From assembly GCA_051294905.1 (NCBI GenBank), contig CM119375.1, positions 7,130,001 to 7,194,000 on the forward strand: a stretch of DNA of 64,000 nt, read 5' to 3'. The notes beneath the pieces were generated by a model, which was not told the DNA's origin, did no database searches, and worked only from the letters and a program-made list of their open reading frames with translations. Position 1 is the first letter of the stretch; each line of letters starts with the position of its first letter. Position numbers and translations under genes: made by a program. Shown here piece by piece: positions 11,146 through 23,095 of the stretch. The DNA comes from Botryllus schlosseri. Taxonomy: Eukaryota.

Positions 11146-12526
11146 CAGTGTTGGGGTATAGGCTTACCATATTTTGGAAATCTAAAAAGAGGACACTTTT
11201 TCAGAAATTCCAGACTTGCAAAACCGGAGAATAATTCTCAGAAACCGGTGAATTTTTCCCACTTTGTGATCGGTTGAAAAAAAAGGTTATCTATTCCGCT
11301 CAGAGCTCAAAATACCGTTTTTTCTCCACATTGCCAGGTGGATGACTAAAAAAAAAAGTCATCATTTCGCTCAGAGCTAAATTCACCGTTTTCTCTCCGT
11401 AATACCCGCCGGAGCTTCACTTCTGTGCTAATTTTCCGCATATCACTCGCAATTTGCTCTAAATCTAACCTAAATTTTCAAAAAAGAAGACAGAAGTGCG
11501 TCCTCCGACGACACTTTCAAAAAAGTCAAAAAAGAGGACAAATCCTCTTAAAAGAGGACGTATGGTAAGCCTAGGTAAGTCACTAACTTCGAGTCACGAG
11601 TCATTTCGAGTCACTGCACATTTTGACCCGAGTCAAGTCAGGTCAATCGATTTTCGAAGGTGACTCGAGTCAAGTCACGTCACTCGATATTTGGAGGTGA
11701 CTCTATAGTCAAGTCGAGTCAAGTCAAGTCACGAGTCAAGTCACAATTCAAGTCGAATTGTTTTTTCGAAGTATGAGGCATGATAACGTTATTACGTTTT
11801 GCTAGCTGTCTGAAATACAGATTGAATGGACATTGATTTTGAACCGATTAACGAATATAGAGTTGAATATACACGCAAGAAGGCGCTGTATCGCTCACAT
11901 ATACGTAGAACTGCTAAACTACGTAAGTAATTTATAGTTACCAGCCGAAATAGAGAATAGAGAATAGAGAAACGAGTTGATGAGATGCAATACGTTACCC
12001 ATTTACAAATTGATATGATACGATTCGAGCCTGCTCCAATGGTTGGGAACTATATAAACTATATTCGAACTCGATTTGAATAAATCAAGAGGTTTGGTTA
12101 AGGTAAGAACAGAGAACAGAAGTATACATTTTGCTATTAAATTACTTCACTCTACTAGGTTACGACAACGCAAGCTGTAAACTTCGATGACTTCGTTTGC
12201 AGTCAATTTATTTGTGGGAGAACAATGGAGGTTCATGCAGTAAAACTCGCGATCGTTGAATGATTGGTCTCTCTCACGGTTTACACCAGCATTTCGAGAA
12301 TAAATGCATGTTACAGTGATGTTCATCGCCACCGATTACTTGATGACTTGAAATTGACTCGTGAATTTTGCTCGGAGTCACGAGTCATCCACATTCTGTC
12401 ACGCCAAGTCAAGTCAAGTAAAGTCATTTTAGCAAAGTGACTCGAGTCAAGTCAAGCCAAGTCATTCGAAAAAGGTGACTCGAGTCTGTCTCGAATCAAG
12501 TCACGACTCGAGTCATCCCAACACTG
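11146..12526. mobile_element. hAT MITE with GAGTCAAGTC subterminal repeats, carrying a nested insertion
   Basis: TIR CAGTGTTGGG / CCCAACACTG. Perfect 8-bp TSD CATCCGAT (11138-11145 and 12527-12534). Confidence 0.9.
11159..11573. mobile_element. Blackjack-like hAT MITE nested in the TIR of the 11146 element
   Basis: 13-bp TIR TAGGCTTACCATA / TATGGTAAGCCTA, GAGGAC subterminal motifs. Only GGTA is duplicated at the flanks. Confidence 0.85.
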
Positions 12527-13804
12527 CATCCGATACCTTCGAAAATGATTAAAATACTATATTGGGGTGTTTCGAGCGAGTAAAGGCCTATCATTAGTCT
12601 TTTAAGCTAGTAATAATTGTGACTGTATGACCATTCACACTCGACATCGACAATAATTCCAATTCACCGCTACCGTATTGCGACTCTTTCACCAACACTG
12701 AAGTCGCATGCGCCCCACTGAACCGCCATTTTCTTGCAACGTATACCCGTGCGTGGAATGAGCTATATCGTCATGCTAGATCTCGGCATACTTATTGCTG
12801 GCCGACTCGGCGTGATTCGGATTCAGTACGGTTAATTATGTATTGTGTATTATTAATTATATATCGACGTGTGTGTGCGTCAGTACGAAGTGATGAACCA
12901 TGTCGGAGCAGCGCTACTTATCCAGCCTGCGGGACCATATAGCCAGAAACTGATGTATGAAATGAAAGAATAAATCGTGGAATATATAAGTTTGCTCAAA
13001 AACAAGCTGATGGCTCTACTGACCTGTGAATGAAAATGTGTTCCGGGTTTGGTAAGATGTAGTTGATGAAAATGTGTTGAAGATTTGGTAGGATGTAATT
13101 AATTTGGATGAGAGAAAAAATGTTTGAAAAATACCGATTCGATTCGTTAGCAACTTTGGTTAGTAACTGGAGGGCCACATGAAAAGTCTTAGAGTTGATA
13201 CATTATGCTATGCAATAAGCGATGGTCCCGAATGCAATGTTATTAATTCTGTAGGTAAATTAGATAGGTTATGTCTCTACTCTATACCTAGTGACGTCAA
13301 CAAGCACTTATTTTAGTAAAATTACACACTAACACTTGTTACATGGTTGCAAATTCAGAGTATTATTTTTATAAATCGGCTGAACCTGCATAAGTTATGG
13401 GGATTAATAATGATTGCATGTTTCCTGGGTGTGACACTTGATCATACAGTTCAATTATTGGAATTGTTCGTCATATATCTAAACATCGTAGGTAGCATGT
13501 TTGATATCTAGCTGTAACCGGACATTATACCGGGCTTTAAACTTGGCTATAATTGTCGGTGCGTATATAGTACTAAAGACGAATTGAAAATTGAACGCGT
13601 CTGGTTCAGTATTAAAAATCCTTGAGGAAAAAATACCCCGGACATCTGCCATGTCGTTCAATTGATGCCTGTTGGCAAAGTATATCGAAAAGCATTTACG
13701 CGTGTAAATTTAGACGCAATCAGAGGCGCATGTGATTTGAAAATAGCGCATTTAAGCTATTAGGCAGGACGTATGTAGTTTCGCAATTTTCTGGTTACGA
13801 TACA

Positions 13805-14315
13805 TTGGATTGGTTGAAACAAAAATCAATTTGAAACAAAACATGTTCAAAACAATGGCCTTTGTTTAAAACATGTTTTTTTCTAGGCCACGTCACCCAT
13901 ATTAAATTGTGACGTCGTAATGGATTGATATTCTCAATTGAAAATATCGGATGAATACAGCTCCTTTTGAAAAGTAGGCTTCCAACCCCTGTCTACAGAC
14001 CAAAAAATATGTAACCAGGACTACATCGTCTTAAAGCATTTTTACGGTCGGCGGTAATCATCAGAACGTTCATTCCGTACCAATGGATCTATATCTATAG
14101 CTGTTGAACCGACTATTAAAAGGGTTCCAACCATCCCATCGTATAAGTCGATTATATTGGGTGGTGATCGTCGTCCGTATGCTCATACAACATGTTTTTT
14201 TGAAATTATGGCATAATTAAACAACTTGAAATTCACAATTTTTTTAAAAAAGCCTTTGTTTAAAACGCTGTTTAAAAAGTGTTTTAAACAACCATTTGTT
14301 TTGAATGCAACCCTA
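13805..14315 (+). mobile_element. Family B hAT MITE (TAGGGTTGCA ends), left TIR decayed
   Basis: Right end aatgcaacccta. Perfect TSD ACGATACA (13797-13804 and 14316-14323). Homologous to 14365 and 24982. Confidence 0.85.
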
Positions 14316-14364
14316 ACGATACATAACCCGATCTAGCACGTAGGTGTGAATATTGTGTGGTAAC

Positions 14365-14814
14365 TAGGGTTCCATTTAAAACAAACAATGTTTTAAAACA
14401 CTTCGTTTAAAACATGTTTATGTTTTGAACAGTGAATTAAAAAAACATTCTTAAAGAAATGTGTTTTTTCTCAAGTTGTAAAATTATGCCATAATTGTGT
14501 AAATACTTTACAAAAAACATGCTGTATGAGCCTACGGTCAAGTACCACCCGATTTAGCCGACGTATATCGACATGGGATGGTTGCAACCCTCAAAATAGT
14601 CGGTTCAACAGCAATAGTACATACAATTCGTCAAAGGAGCTATTTTTACCTTATATTTTCAATTGCCAATGTCAATCCCCTATGACGTCACAATTGAATA
14701 TTCATGACGTCATGACTTGAAAAAACCTGAAAAACAATAAAAATCATGTTTCAAATTAGGGCCTTGTTTTAAACATGTTTTTTTTAATTTGATTTTTTTT
14801 TAAATACAACCCTA
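14365..14814 (-). mobile_element. Family B hAT MITE, inverted relative to 13805
   Basis: TAGGGTTCC...CAACCCTA. Perfect TSD GTGGTAAC (14357-14364 and 14815-14822). Confidence 0.9.
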
Positions 14815-14837
14815 GTGGTAACCGTAAAAGAATAGAG

Positions 14838-15285
14838 AAATGGTTCTCAACCTTACCGGGTAACCACCGATGTTCTATGATTTTGTTTCGTACCAACGAA
14901 TTAACGAAAAACTCCAGTTCATTCCAAATGTATATAGGATTATTAACATGGAGGGATTAGCACATAAGCCAGCCCGAAAATCTCGAATCAAATGCGGTCC
15001 ACGAGCAAATCCGCCCCTGATTATGAATAGCACACACTAACAAAGGCAAGATTGTGATGGTTGCAATTGTTTTTTCTTCAAGTTGATCTAGACGGGTGCA
15101 ACTCGGTCGAATGACGCATAAATTATTTAGCTATATGCATTCGATAAAGACATTTCTTGCATTAGAAAATTCGTTAACGATTTGTGAAAACTGTAATTTT
15201 GCGTGAAGAAATTCATTTACTGCGTATTGTTTGAAATGACTCCTGTAACACCAGTGGTGCGCGGTCCACAGGTTGAGAACCATAC
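14838..15285. mobile_element. Degenerate Charlie-like hAT MITE
   Basis: 12-bp inverted core TGGTTCTCAACC (14841-14852) / GGTTGAGAACCA (15271-15282). TSD not readable. Confidence 0.55.
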
Positions 15286-15759
15286 TGAATATGAATGGGC
15301 GGGATTTCTCCCCAAATTCGATCCTGATTTATAGCCGATTCAAAAGTCTATCCAGTAGGATCGGAGAAAGTTTGAATCGTTTATATTAAATTAACTTTCT
15401 GTGGTGTTAAAAGCGACAATTCGCGTGATGTTGACAATGTGGTATCGGTGCCCCGGTGGTATTCATTATTAAGTTATAGGTCCAATTCCGTGATTCAATG
15501 CAAACTCTCACCAACGAAAAGACTTCACGTCTATTGCCTCCCTATCCAATCGCAGAATTCAAATTCCCGGTATTTATTCAAAAGCGTGATGTCACTGATG
15601 TTCGATTGCAAGCATCAAGCGAAATATTTAACTGCTGCACTGCGTCGCGATATGCTTGCGGTCAACGGGCGTACCTGACCTTCTACGGTTTAATGTCATG
15701 TTCGCAAGTCATGCGCGGCCTTGAAAGAAAACAACGCTAACGAGAAAAATAATTCGATG

Positions 15760-16060
15760 TCAGCAAAGCAATTAATTGCTACCGGACGTCAGCGGAACAA
15801 GGACGTCGAAAATGCGCTGCTCGTTATGTTACTAATATTACCTGTTCCTCGGCGGTGCACTTAAAATACGCGACCCTCGCGCGGCCGATACCGTGTAGGC
15901 ACCATTAGAAACAATTTGATGCCACTCGTCTAATGAAAAGAGTAATTGCGATTGCTTGGGTTAATTGGCGAGGTCGCACGAGTAGAGAATTCATGCAAGG
16001 CTGCCAGAGTGCCAGTGCTTTAGGCCTGGCTTGCGCGGCGAGGCTGTTTCGGTGACTATT
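15760..16060. promoter_or_regulatory. Candidate developmental enhancer upstream of the Sp gene
   Basis: Repeat-free stretch with clustered TAAT/TAATTG homeodomain cores (e.g. palindromic GCAATTAATTGC near 15769) mixed with GC-rich GCCG/GGCG boxes. Confidence 0.35.
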
Positions 16061-19000
16061 TCTTTGTACCGCATTTTCCTTCCTTAGTATTTTGCCTGCA
16101 GCCTACACGGCCGATGCAAAGCACTTGACGAGACCCTGCAATTATCATAAGGTAATCCGGATGCAAGGCATGGTCAAGAACAAAGTTAGACCTATCTCCA
16201 TCATCAAAGTATATATACATATTTTACTCCATTCTTTCGCTCATTAGACATAAGGTCGAGGCCGACCGGGGAACGGAATACAGCTGTGGACGCGGACGGG
16301 TTAACATCGGGAGTGTGGGAAAGTTACAACAGATTAAAGTTGCTTGCTAAATTACAGCTAAATTTCTTAATTGATGGCTTTAGGTGAAACGACATAACTC
16401 AATTGAAATTCCTTGAGTGGTGGATCGAACCGACGGTCCTTTTCGGTTTGCCACGAAATTGCTCCGCTTGCAACGTTGCGGTTGGCTTATTTCAAGTCGC
16501 GTTGTATATTGATTGTCGTTATTATACTGTTTTCGAATGGAATACATTGTTCAAAGCAACATCTGCCCTCGGTTTGAACTTGACTAAGCAACATTACTCA
16601 TTCGTCTTACACCCTGGAAGGTGGCCGTTATGATCCTTTTATTTCTGTTGTGACCTACTGCGGAGCATCGTTTTTTTTATTGCAATGGCATTATCTTCCG
16701 TTTATTTCCATCCTACGTTCCTATTCATAGCAGGGCTGTTCATGAAATCGATTATTTGAAAATTGCCGTCACTTTCAGTTGTGTCCGAAAGGCTTGATAT
16801 TGTGATGGAATCGAAACCGCGATGATTTGCGGTTGGAATTTATTAAATGATACAAATACCTTCCGTAATTTTCAATTCGTCTTGTTGTCGGGTAATGAAC
16901 CGTTAAAATGGATAATGATCGTCAAAATATAAAATTTTGAAACTAGGGATTTTAGAACTATAACTTTTGCCCGCCTTTTCGTAAAGCTGTACTGTACGTA
17001 GCCTACGTATTATATTCCACTCCACTAACGTTCCTATACTCGAAATGTCCATAATACCTTCGAGATGTATATTGAAACATATTCAAATCAAGATCGACTG
17101 CTGAGAGTTCGAAAAGAGTACACTGAGATAGGGCAGTACGAGGACACGGTGACAATATATCGATACCGAACATGTACTTTTAATAGAGATTTTATAATGA
17201 CTATGCCGACGGCGTTCTCAACCTGTTAACATCGCCACATAGTGCCCGGACAAATCACTGGGAAACTATAGAGTCCAATCTATATATCTGCTGTGAAAGT
17301 ACATCCCCGACTCGACGGGTCCAATATAATATGTATTACTACTCTCTCCGACAACGATAAAATGGATGTTGGAAAGTAACGGTGGTAAAGCATATCAGCG
17401 TGTAACATTTCGTTGTTTGTTTTGATTTTTTATTCATCATTCAGTCGCTGAGGTACAAGTCGATGATTGGACATAACTTACTAGCATCGCAACGATGTGC
17501 AAGGTTCCCGCTCTATACCAATTGATAAATTGTAATTCACCTGGCTTATGGAGGTTAATGTCTGGCACATTCGTACATGCACCTGTAAAATGTATTTCGG
17601 TAAAAATCCCGGCGCTGACTAGAAAAACTTACGCCGGTTCTTCGCATCGTCACCGGTATCGTTTTCATGCAGGTTCCGTGAACCATTTTGTTCAAGCGCC
17701 ATTTTAATGGATGGAGCGATTACGCATATTACGGCGAAGTATACAAACCGGCAATTAAAGCATAACTCGATCATAAAAGACTGGACAATTTTCTTTTATG
17801 CCAACACAGATGCTCAGGAATAACTTGGCTATTTCTCATAAATACTAGACATTGACTCTCATATAGCCTTTCATCAAGCTAATTACTTCTTTTCGCGACC
17901 ATTAAGGACCTTTGTGCATGAGATCGCAAATGATTAGCGTGATGCCCATCGGCTTTTGTTCCGTCCCGGAACGTTTACGTTCGAATTAACGCCGTACAAC
18001 TCTAGAAAAACTGAATCCCGCTTCTATTTACCACTAGACGTAATCTGTTTTGCATCCAGGTAATCTGTTTCAGAAGGAGTCCTGGTTGGTTCTGAATATT
18101 CGTCCGCGTATGCAATGTTCACCAAGATAATTTATCCATCTCGATTATATGACTTGCGTTTTTATGGACAGAATCCATGCATGATTTCTCGGCCAAGCCG
18201 TATCGGATCAGCGTTGTCGCGGGTTCTCTTTCTTTTGAACGCATTATATTCCCGCAGGATGTAAAATACGCGCATAAAATAAACCTTGTCCACAGTCACG
18301 AAGCTTTACCCGTTAGCGTTTCAGATATTGTCCGGAAGGTATGCGACTTCTATACACAATGTCTTTGGGTGACACGCTAAGCCTTTCGTACCCACCCAAA
18401 GACACGGGTCTTACTGTGCGGCGATATTATATCAATCGGACAAATTTCGTAGACGTTGAACTGACACGCAAATTGGAAAAATGTATTATTGCGTGCGCGA
18501 AGAGTTCTCGCGGTCTGTATAACTCTGTATCGTACCAAAGTAACCGTGAATTATGAAATTGAAATTACGTAAAGATGTTCATGGGGGAGAGCGAGGTCCG
18601 GAGTACTATAAACCGCGCGGTGAGAAAAGTCCTCACGTCAATAGCGCTGGATTACTGCCGGATTGCCGGGGCCCATATTAAAGGATCTGCACTTTAATAA
18701 AACACCTGCCAGCGATGTGCTCCACCAGTCTTAACAAGTTTACATATCCGTACGACTGTAGCAATACGCTCTTTCCAATATACCCAGCGGAATGGAGACT
18801 TCTTGTTAAAACCGTGGCGCCTGGCTCATGTAGCCAGAGTGGATGATTTAGTTTATCCCATCAAGATTGCAATTATAGCGGCTTGTTCGTACGGCAATTA
18901 TTAGTCAATACCGTTGTGATGCTAGCTGTCGACCGCAACAATCCTCGAACAAAACAAATTGACCCGTTGGCTAGTCTGACAGCGGGAATTTTACATGAAC

Positions 19001-19347
19001 TTGAAATTTTCATATTCTGTCTATTGGTCGACAATTGACTCATCTTACTTGGTAATATCTAGAACTCGCGATATCATCGAGTCATCGGAGTGACATGAAA
19101 TTGGATACGAGTCAAAATAATTAGTTCTCATTGCAGTTGTGGTTTCATCTTGTCAAAACGTCGCAACATTTATGCAGAATGCTCTGCAGCAACATGATAT
19201 GTGAAGAATCATAATGAGTATAGTGTCTCATACCTCAGACTACATAGTTCGATATGTGAACGGGAGCCTTGACCACGAAGAGTGTACACGCCTTCTAAAG
19301 AAGTGCAGAATTCCTCTACTTGACAAAGGACATGGGAACTGTTATTA

Positions 19348-19731
19348 TTGACATCTCGGTATGTCCGCACGGAAATTCCTAACTCCTTAATAACGGTAAA
19401 CTCAATGGAGGAGTGTGGGTTATCATCGTGTTTAGCGACATTATTGACCTTCCGAAATAAAATGGCTGGCATTAGTCTCGATATCGTGGAAGATGCATCC
19501 TCGCTTTATTTAGAGGCGATTACGCCTCTCAATCCAGTCGACGAAGTGCGTATTATGCCGAAAAGTGTACGTCAGGTATTGCAGATCATAACGGAGCAAT
19601 GGTATAATAAGCATGTGCTTAGAATGCCTTCATTGATTGGAAAACCACTACGGTATCATTTTCTATCGGCTGTCGATGAAGATAACTGGGTTGGACGCCC
19701 GAACGCAGTGCCGACAGCACAGAAACAGTAA
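19348..19731 (+). CDS. Orphan ORF, 127 aa, unknown product (could be a terminal exon or a decayed gene)
   Basis: Longest ORF in the coding-like 17.1-19.8 kb island. TTG start, AATAAA at 19831-19836. No recognisable domain. Confidence 0.25.
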   Translation: MTSRYVRTEIPNSLITVNSMEECGLSSCLATLLTFRNKMAGISLDIVEDASSLYLEAITPLNPVDEVRIMPKSVRQVLQIITEQWYNKHVLRMPSLIGKPLRYHFLSAVDEDNWVGRPNAVPTAQKQ

Positions 19732-20258
19732 TGATCGACGCAAGATTGCGATACAACAACGCGCGATTAGCCTTGAACGATCCGTGTGAGCATGTGAGAT
19801 AATAACATGTCGAGAAAAAATAGGGACGAGAATAAATGTAGCGAAGCGTTCATGTCAAGGGAGATTACTACTTATGCCGTTTAGGTAACTGGTGATTTAG
19901 ATTTCAAGCCGCGGCCAGCGCGAAGGCGGTGCAACGAGTTCGGGCTCGGAGTAACAACCAAATTGAAGTATAAGGCTATCGATGCGGTGCAGGTGTAAGA
20001 AATGGTGTGTAGTGTGTAAGACGTTTTCGGTAAGAGTCCAACAGGTTTCGGCGTTGCGAAGCGCGCAGTGCTCATCGTGTTTCCGCGAATATGATGATAT
20101 GCTATAATCGTCTTATAACGGATAAACCCTATATGAATGTGGTGTTGTCTTTGTCACCCGTTTCAGAATAATACAGTCGTGTAGTAAAACCGCCGAGGTA
20201 AATTCAACTAAGGTACTTCACATAGATACAGGCGTTAAGTGGTAAAGAAAAAGTAATC

Positions 20259-22663
20259 ATGAGTGCTCCAACCGCCTCTATTTTGCAGTCGTCCGCTCCG
20301 GGAAGCGCAAGTGTCTTGGGAGACTATTATATTGGTAGGTTAAAATTGTTGCAGCTTTGTGAAAGGGTGAGGTTTATGATATTTCTCATTTTACGCAAGG
20401 GGTCAGTGCTCCTCTGATTACGCACCGCCATGCAACAGCGTTCATGACCAGGATGCAGCACAAGCCACCAACATTCAACTCCGGTAAGTTTAAAGTTAAA
20501 ATTTAATGGGATTTGAGCGTAGAAAGAATGCGCGTGCACGAATACTATATAATAGTTGAATTTCACTTGGAATACTCTGACGTGATGTTTGTTTATTTAA
20601 ATGTTGGCTACGATTTAGTCCACGCAGAAAATGTGTAGGTATACTGTGCGCTTTTGATATTCCTAAATATCTTTACAAAACTATTGCAGCATACTTGATC
20701 ATAGTATTTGTGATCCCATCTATATCACGGCGTGTTTATGTGTAAATGTGCGTGATGCGTAAATGTGTCGTAATGTACAATATATGTGCTAATTGCGAAG
20801 CATGGATATCGTCTGACAATCCTACGTTAATTGCAGCACACCTTGTCACATTATTAGTGAGGATTCATCACATAATATTTCAAGATATGTGTTTATGTGT
20901 TACGGGAATGTGTGCGATAGTGGACACGACTGAAGATTCCTTGTACCTTATACCATGTTTTTTGACTTGTTTTCTCTGTGATTACAGAGTCCGCTTCTCC
21001 GGAAGATGAGTCGTGCTCTACCGGCTCTTCGCCGTATCAAGCGTCTTCGTCCACATCATCGCCCGCTATGGTGTTTCCAAACTCATCACACTCAACAACT
21101 CCTCCCGCAGCGACATACTCGTCAGCGCGTTTGCTTTCAGCAAGGTATAATTTAGTTACAGACTTGGCGAGCGACTTGGCGGCTTACTGAACGGTTTTCG
21201 AATAGTCAGTTGCTAATGTCGCTTGTCTACATTTCAGTGTATACAACGGTGCGGCGGGTGGCGACAAACCTTACGAGAACTGGCACAAGCAACAATGCAG
21301 CCGAGATTCGCCAGTCGGGACGCTCGCAAACGCTACCACTGGAACGTATTCGCTTCCTTCGACAACTCCGAACTTTGTCGCGTCGACGGCGGTTTATCCG
21401 GCCGCTAATCACTGGGAAGCCGCTCTTCATGGAAACACATGGCTCGAAATGCAGCATAGCTTTCAACATCATCACAACCAGGTTGGCAAATCTTTGTCGT
21501 TGAGAATCGTGTGCGAGATAGGATAATATCCAACACACCCGCAGGTTTTAGTGTATTCCAATTACGCTAACGCGTATTCCTATCAAGCTAACGCGTAACG
21601 TACGCATTTTCAGATAGCAAATTACTCAACCGATTATTCGTTTCCCGCAAGCCAGCTGACAACACTAGGAAATCATCTATCTGCAGGTTTGTCGGTGTTT
21701 TCATTTTGGTTAGAGAAATTGCATAGCATATGCGGCAACTTGGCTTTTAGCCCAACATCCGGCGGTGTATGAAACTTTCAAGCCTGTACTGTCAGGGGCC
21801 GCCGGGACCATGTACAACGATTCAACCGCACAGCTCCCGTCTATGATATCGCCGCCCTCGATACCTGCACCCACACGGAACACTAGAAGATACTCTGGGA
21901 GGTAAATTGTTATGTTATTTTCGCGTTTCACTGTCGTGACCATGGTGTCGCGTTTCAGATCGATTTGTGAATGTCCGAACTGCCAGGAAATCGAGCGTCT
22001 CGGCCCGGCGGCGGCAAATTTCAAACCCAAAGTTCACAGCTGCCACATACCGGGATGCGGCAAGGTCTACAACAAAACATCGCATTTGAAGGCCCACTTG
22101 CGATGGCACACAGGTATACGCGCTCTATCGCAAATATTGTACCGATTAAAAAGGTTATATCGCGCTTGATGACAAAATTGGATAATTAGCCGATTTGAGC
22201 GGCGAAAAAACAAAATGGGAGATGCTCGACGAGCGGCAATCAGCGTGTGAAATGAGTTAAAGTCTCATTCTCACGTTATTAATAAAAAATTGTGGCATTT
22301 TTCAATTCGATCGGACCGTATAACCGCGGAATCGCGGTAACAAAACCTCGTCCGATCGTTGCGACTCGGAATATATTTTCTCTTGTCGGACAGACACCTG
22401 AACTAAATTAATTAACGGCTTCGTCTCGGCCAAGATGAGCGTAAGACGGATGTATCATGCAGTGGGATTTTAAATCGCTTGTTTTCTTAGGAGAAAAGCG
22501 GTTTGCATGCCCGGTGTGCAACAAACGATTTCAAAGAAGTGACCACTTGAGCAAACACGTGAAGTCGCACACCACAACACCGGAGCCGACTCCGAAAGGG
22601 AACCGTGTTAAAGTGGAACCGACTCAGAACGGCAGCATCGGCGAAGGGCTGCAACCGAAATGA
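20259..22663 (+). CDS. Sp6/7/8/9: Sp6/7/8/9-class (Sp8/9-like) C2H2 transcription factor with Btd box and only two zinc fingers, about 370 aa; 5' end uncertain
   Basis: Exons 20259-20334, 20400-20483, 20988-21144, 21238-21481, 21614-21686, 21751-21901, 21959-22113, 22491-22663, phases consistent. Sp8/9 motifs: [34 protein letters not shown] (Btd box), [53 protein letters not shown]. Confidence 0.93.
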
Positions 22664-23095
22664 TAACTTTCATCCGAGAGCGGCTGGTCGCTGAGATCTG
22701 TATTTCTCAAAAGGTCGCGTTTCAGAATGTGGATGATTTCGGAGCGACTCAACGCCAGTCCGTGTGATTAGACGTGTCGGAGTTGGGCGCTGCGTTACGT
22801 CAATCGCGGATACTACGGTACTCGGTTCTGTGCTACGTGGGAATATTGATTATTTTGTGTATGGTGTCGCGAAAAATCTACGAGTATATTCGGTACGTGA
22901 TGTGATCCCACGCCGGTATCTCGGCGCGTTTTCGCGAGCTGAAGGCGAGTGATGTTTTAATGTTTTAACAGTCATGAAGCATTGATTTGATGTCGTTGCG
23001 ATGCGGGACTATCTGTTTTATCTTATTCCGTTATTTTCCGTTCGATTTGTTACTCCGAAATCTGTGCGTTCGTACAAGTCAACATACAGTGAAAG

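Noticed and set aside
11580-12520. CRISPR-like look of GAGTCAAGTC repeats (also 10552-10760 and 61553-62108)
   Set aside because: Irregular spacing, no unique spacers and no cas genes; eukaryotic MITE subterminal repeats bounded by TIRs and TSD.
16255-16345. Integrase-like EADRGTEY peptide
   Set aside because: Single short motif in a short frame, with no other rve/DDE residues.
22201-22260. [13 protein letters not shown] as a ghost of the lost ZF2
   Set aside because: No Cys or His ligands, wrong spacing and no acceptor; similarity is within chance.
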